Part shown: piece after piece, positions 47,148 to 47,443 of the stretch
Numbering within the stretch: the first letter of the stretch is position 1
Layout of the letters: each line of letters opens with the position of its first letter
Source of the DNA: a bacterium
GTDB lineage: Bacteria; Hydrothermota; Tepidihabitantia; Tepidihabitantales; Tepidihabitantaceae
Length of the DNA stretch: 47,443 nucleotides
Reading direction: 5' to 3'
Assembly (NCBI GenBank): GCA_046485285.1
Contig: JAWOHE010000084.1
Location: 1 to 47,443, forward strand
Notes under the pieces: generated by a model
Database searches by the model: none
What the model was told of the DNA's origin: nothing
Seen by the model: the letters and a program-made list of their open reading frames with translations, nothing else
Translations under genes and position numbers: made by a program

Positions 47148-47443
47148 TGTCAAAACCAGGACATAGGTTACGCTTAATTATCACGACATAGGTGACACTT
47201 TTGTCTGCCGGCGACCCGCACCTACGCTTCTGACTGACATATCAGCCGCCCGCAGATAGGCTTCACTACGCCGATCGGCAGGTCGCAGAACCAGACCCGC
47301 CAGGTCTTCTCGGCCAGACTCTCCAGCCCGACCGACGTCTTCCCCAAGGCCGCGCTCAGGTATACAGCCTCGTTCTGTAGCCAGATACAGCCGTCACGCC
47401 GAACATGCCGCCGCTCGAATCCCGCCGGGTAGCCGTACGGCCT
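47148..47443 (-). mobile_element. Right end of an IS481-family insertion sequence (partial)
   Basis: Terminal TGT at 47148; two GACATAGGTKAC sub-terminal repeats (47160, 47185); transposase C-terminus adjacent. Confidence 0.8.
47222..47443 (-). CDS. IS481-family transposase, C-terminal part
   Basis: My translation: YPAGFERRHVRRDGCIWLQNEAVYLSAALGKTSVGLESLAEKTWRVWFCDLPIG..., typical IS481 C-terminal domain; stop at 47222. Confidence 0.78.
   Translation of the reverse strand, partial: RPYGYPAGFERRHVRRDGCIWLQNEAVYLSAALGKTSVGLESLAEKTWRVWFCDLPIGVVKPICGRLICQSEA

Overview
High-GC bacterial chromosomal window made up mostly of housekeeping genes. These include dinG, an MBL hydrolase, ino1, tmk, an S41 protease, mutM, an isoaspartyl peptidase, an Omp85-family protein, a PorU/PorV-like pair, purA, hypB, ttcA, PMM/PGM, an M23 peptidase, two secreted CTD proteins, a Lol-like ABC operon, two glnA paralogues, asnA and carAB. 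Gene content suggests an FCB-adjacent lineage such as candidate phylum WOR-3 (inference only). The intergenic DNA is unusually structured. (1) Three tandem arrays have a strict 12-bp period and are built from invertible 6-bp halves (~186-372, ~25205-25420, ~46894-47147). (2) The middle array sits next to a small ORF that resembles, by eye, the SIRV2/Adnaviria A-form-DNA-wrapping major capsid protein, with a possible second decayed copy on its other side. (3) The two outer arrays belong to an inverted paralogous cassette: array, conserved leader with two palindromes, then an XRE-HTH gene. The right-hand one abuts an IS481 end. Other notable signals are a 56-bp duplication of the asnA 3' end bracketing a barrel gene plus a toxin-antitoxin pair, about 15 sigma70-like promoters with 16-bp spacers (several leaderless), and several miniature repeat families. 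All family calls come from motif recognition; no searches were run.
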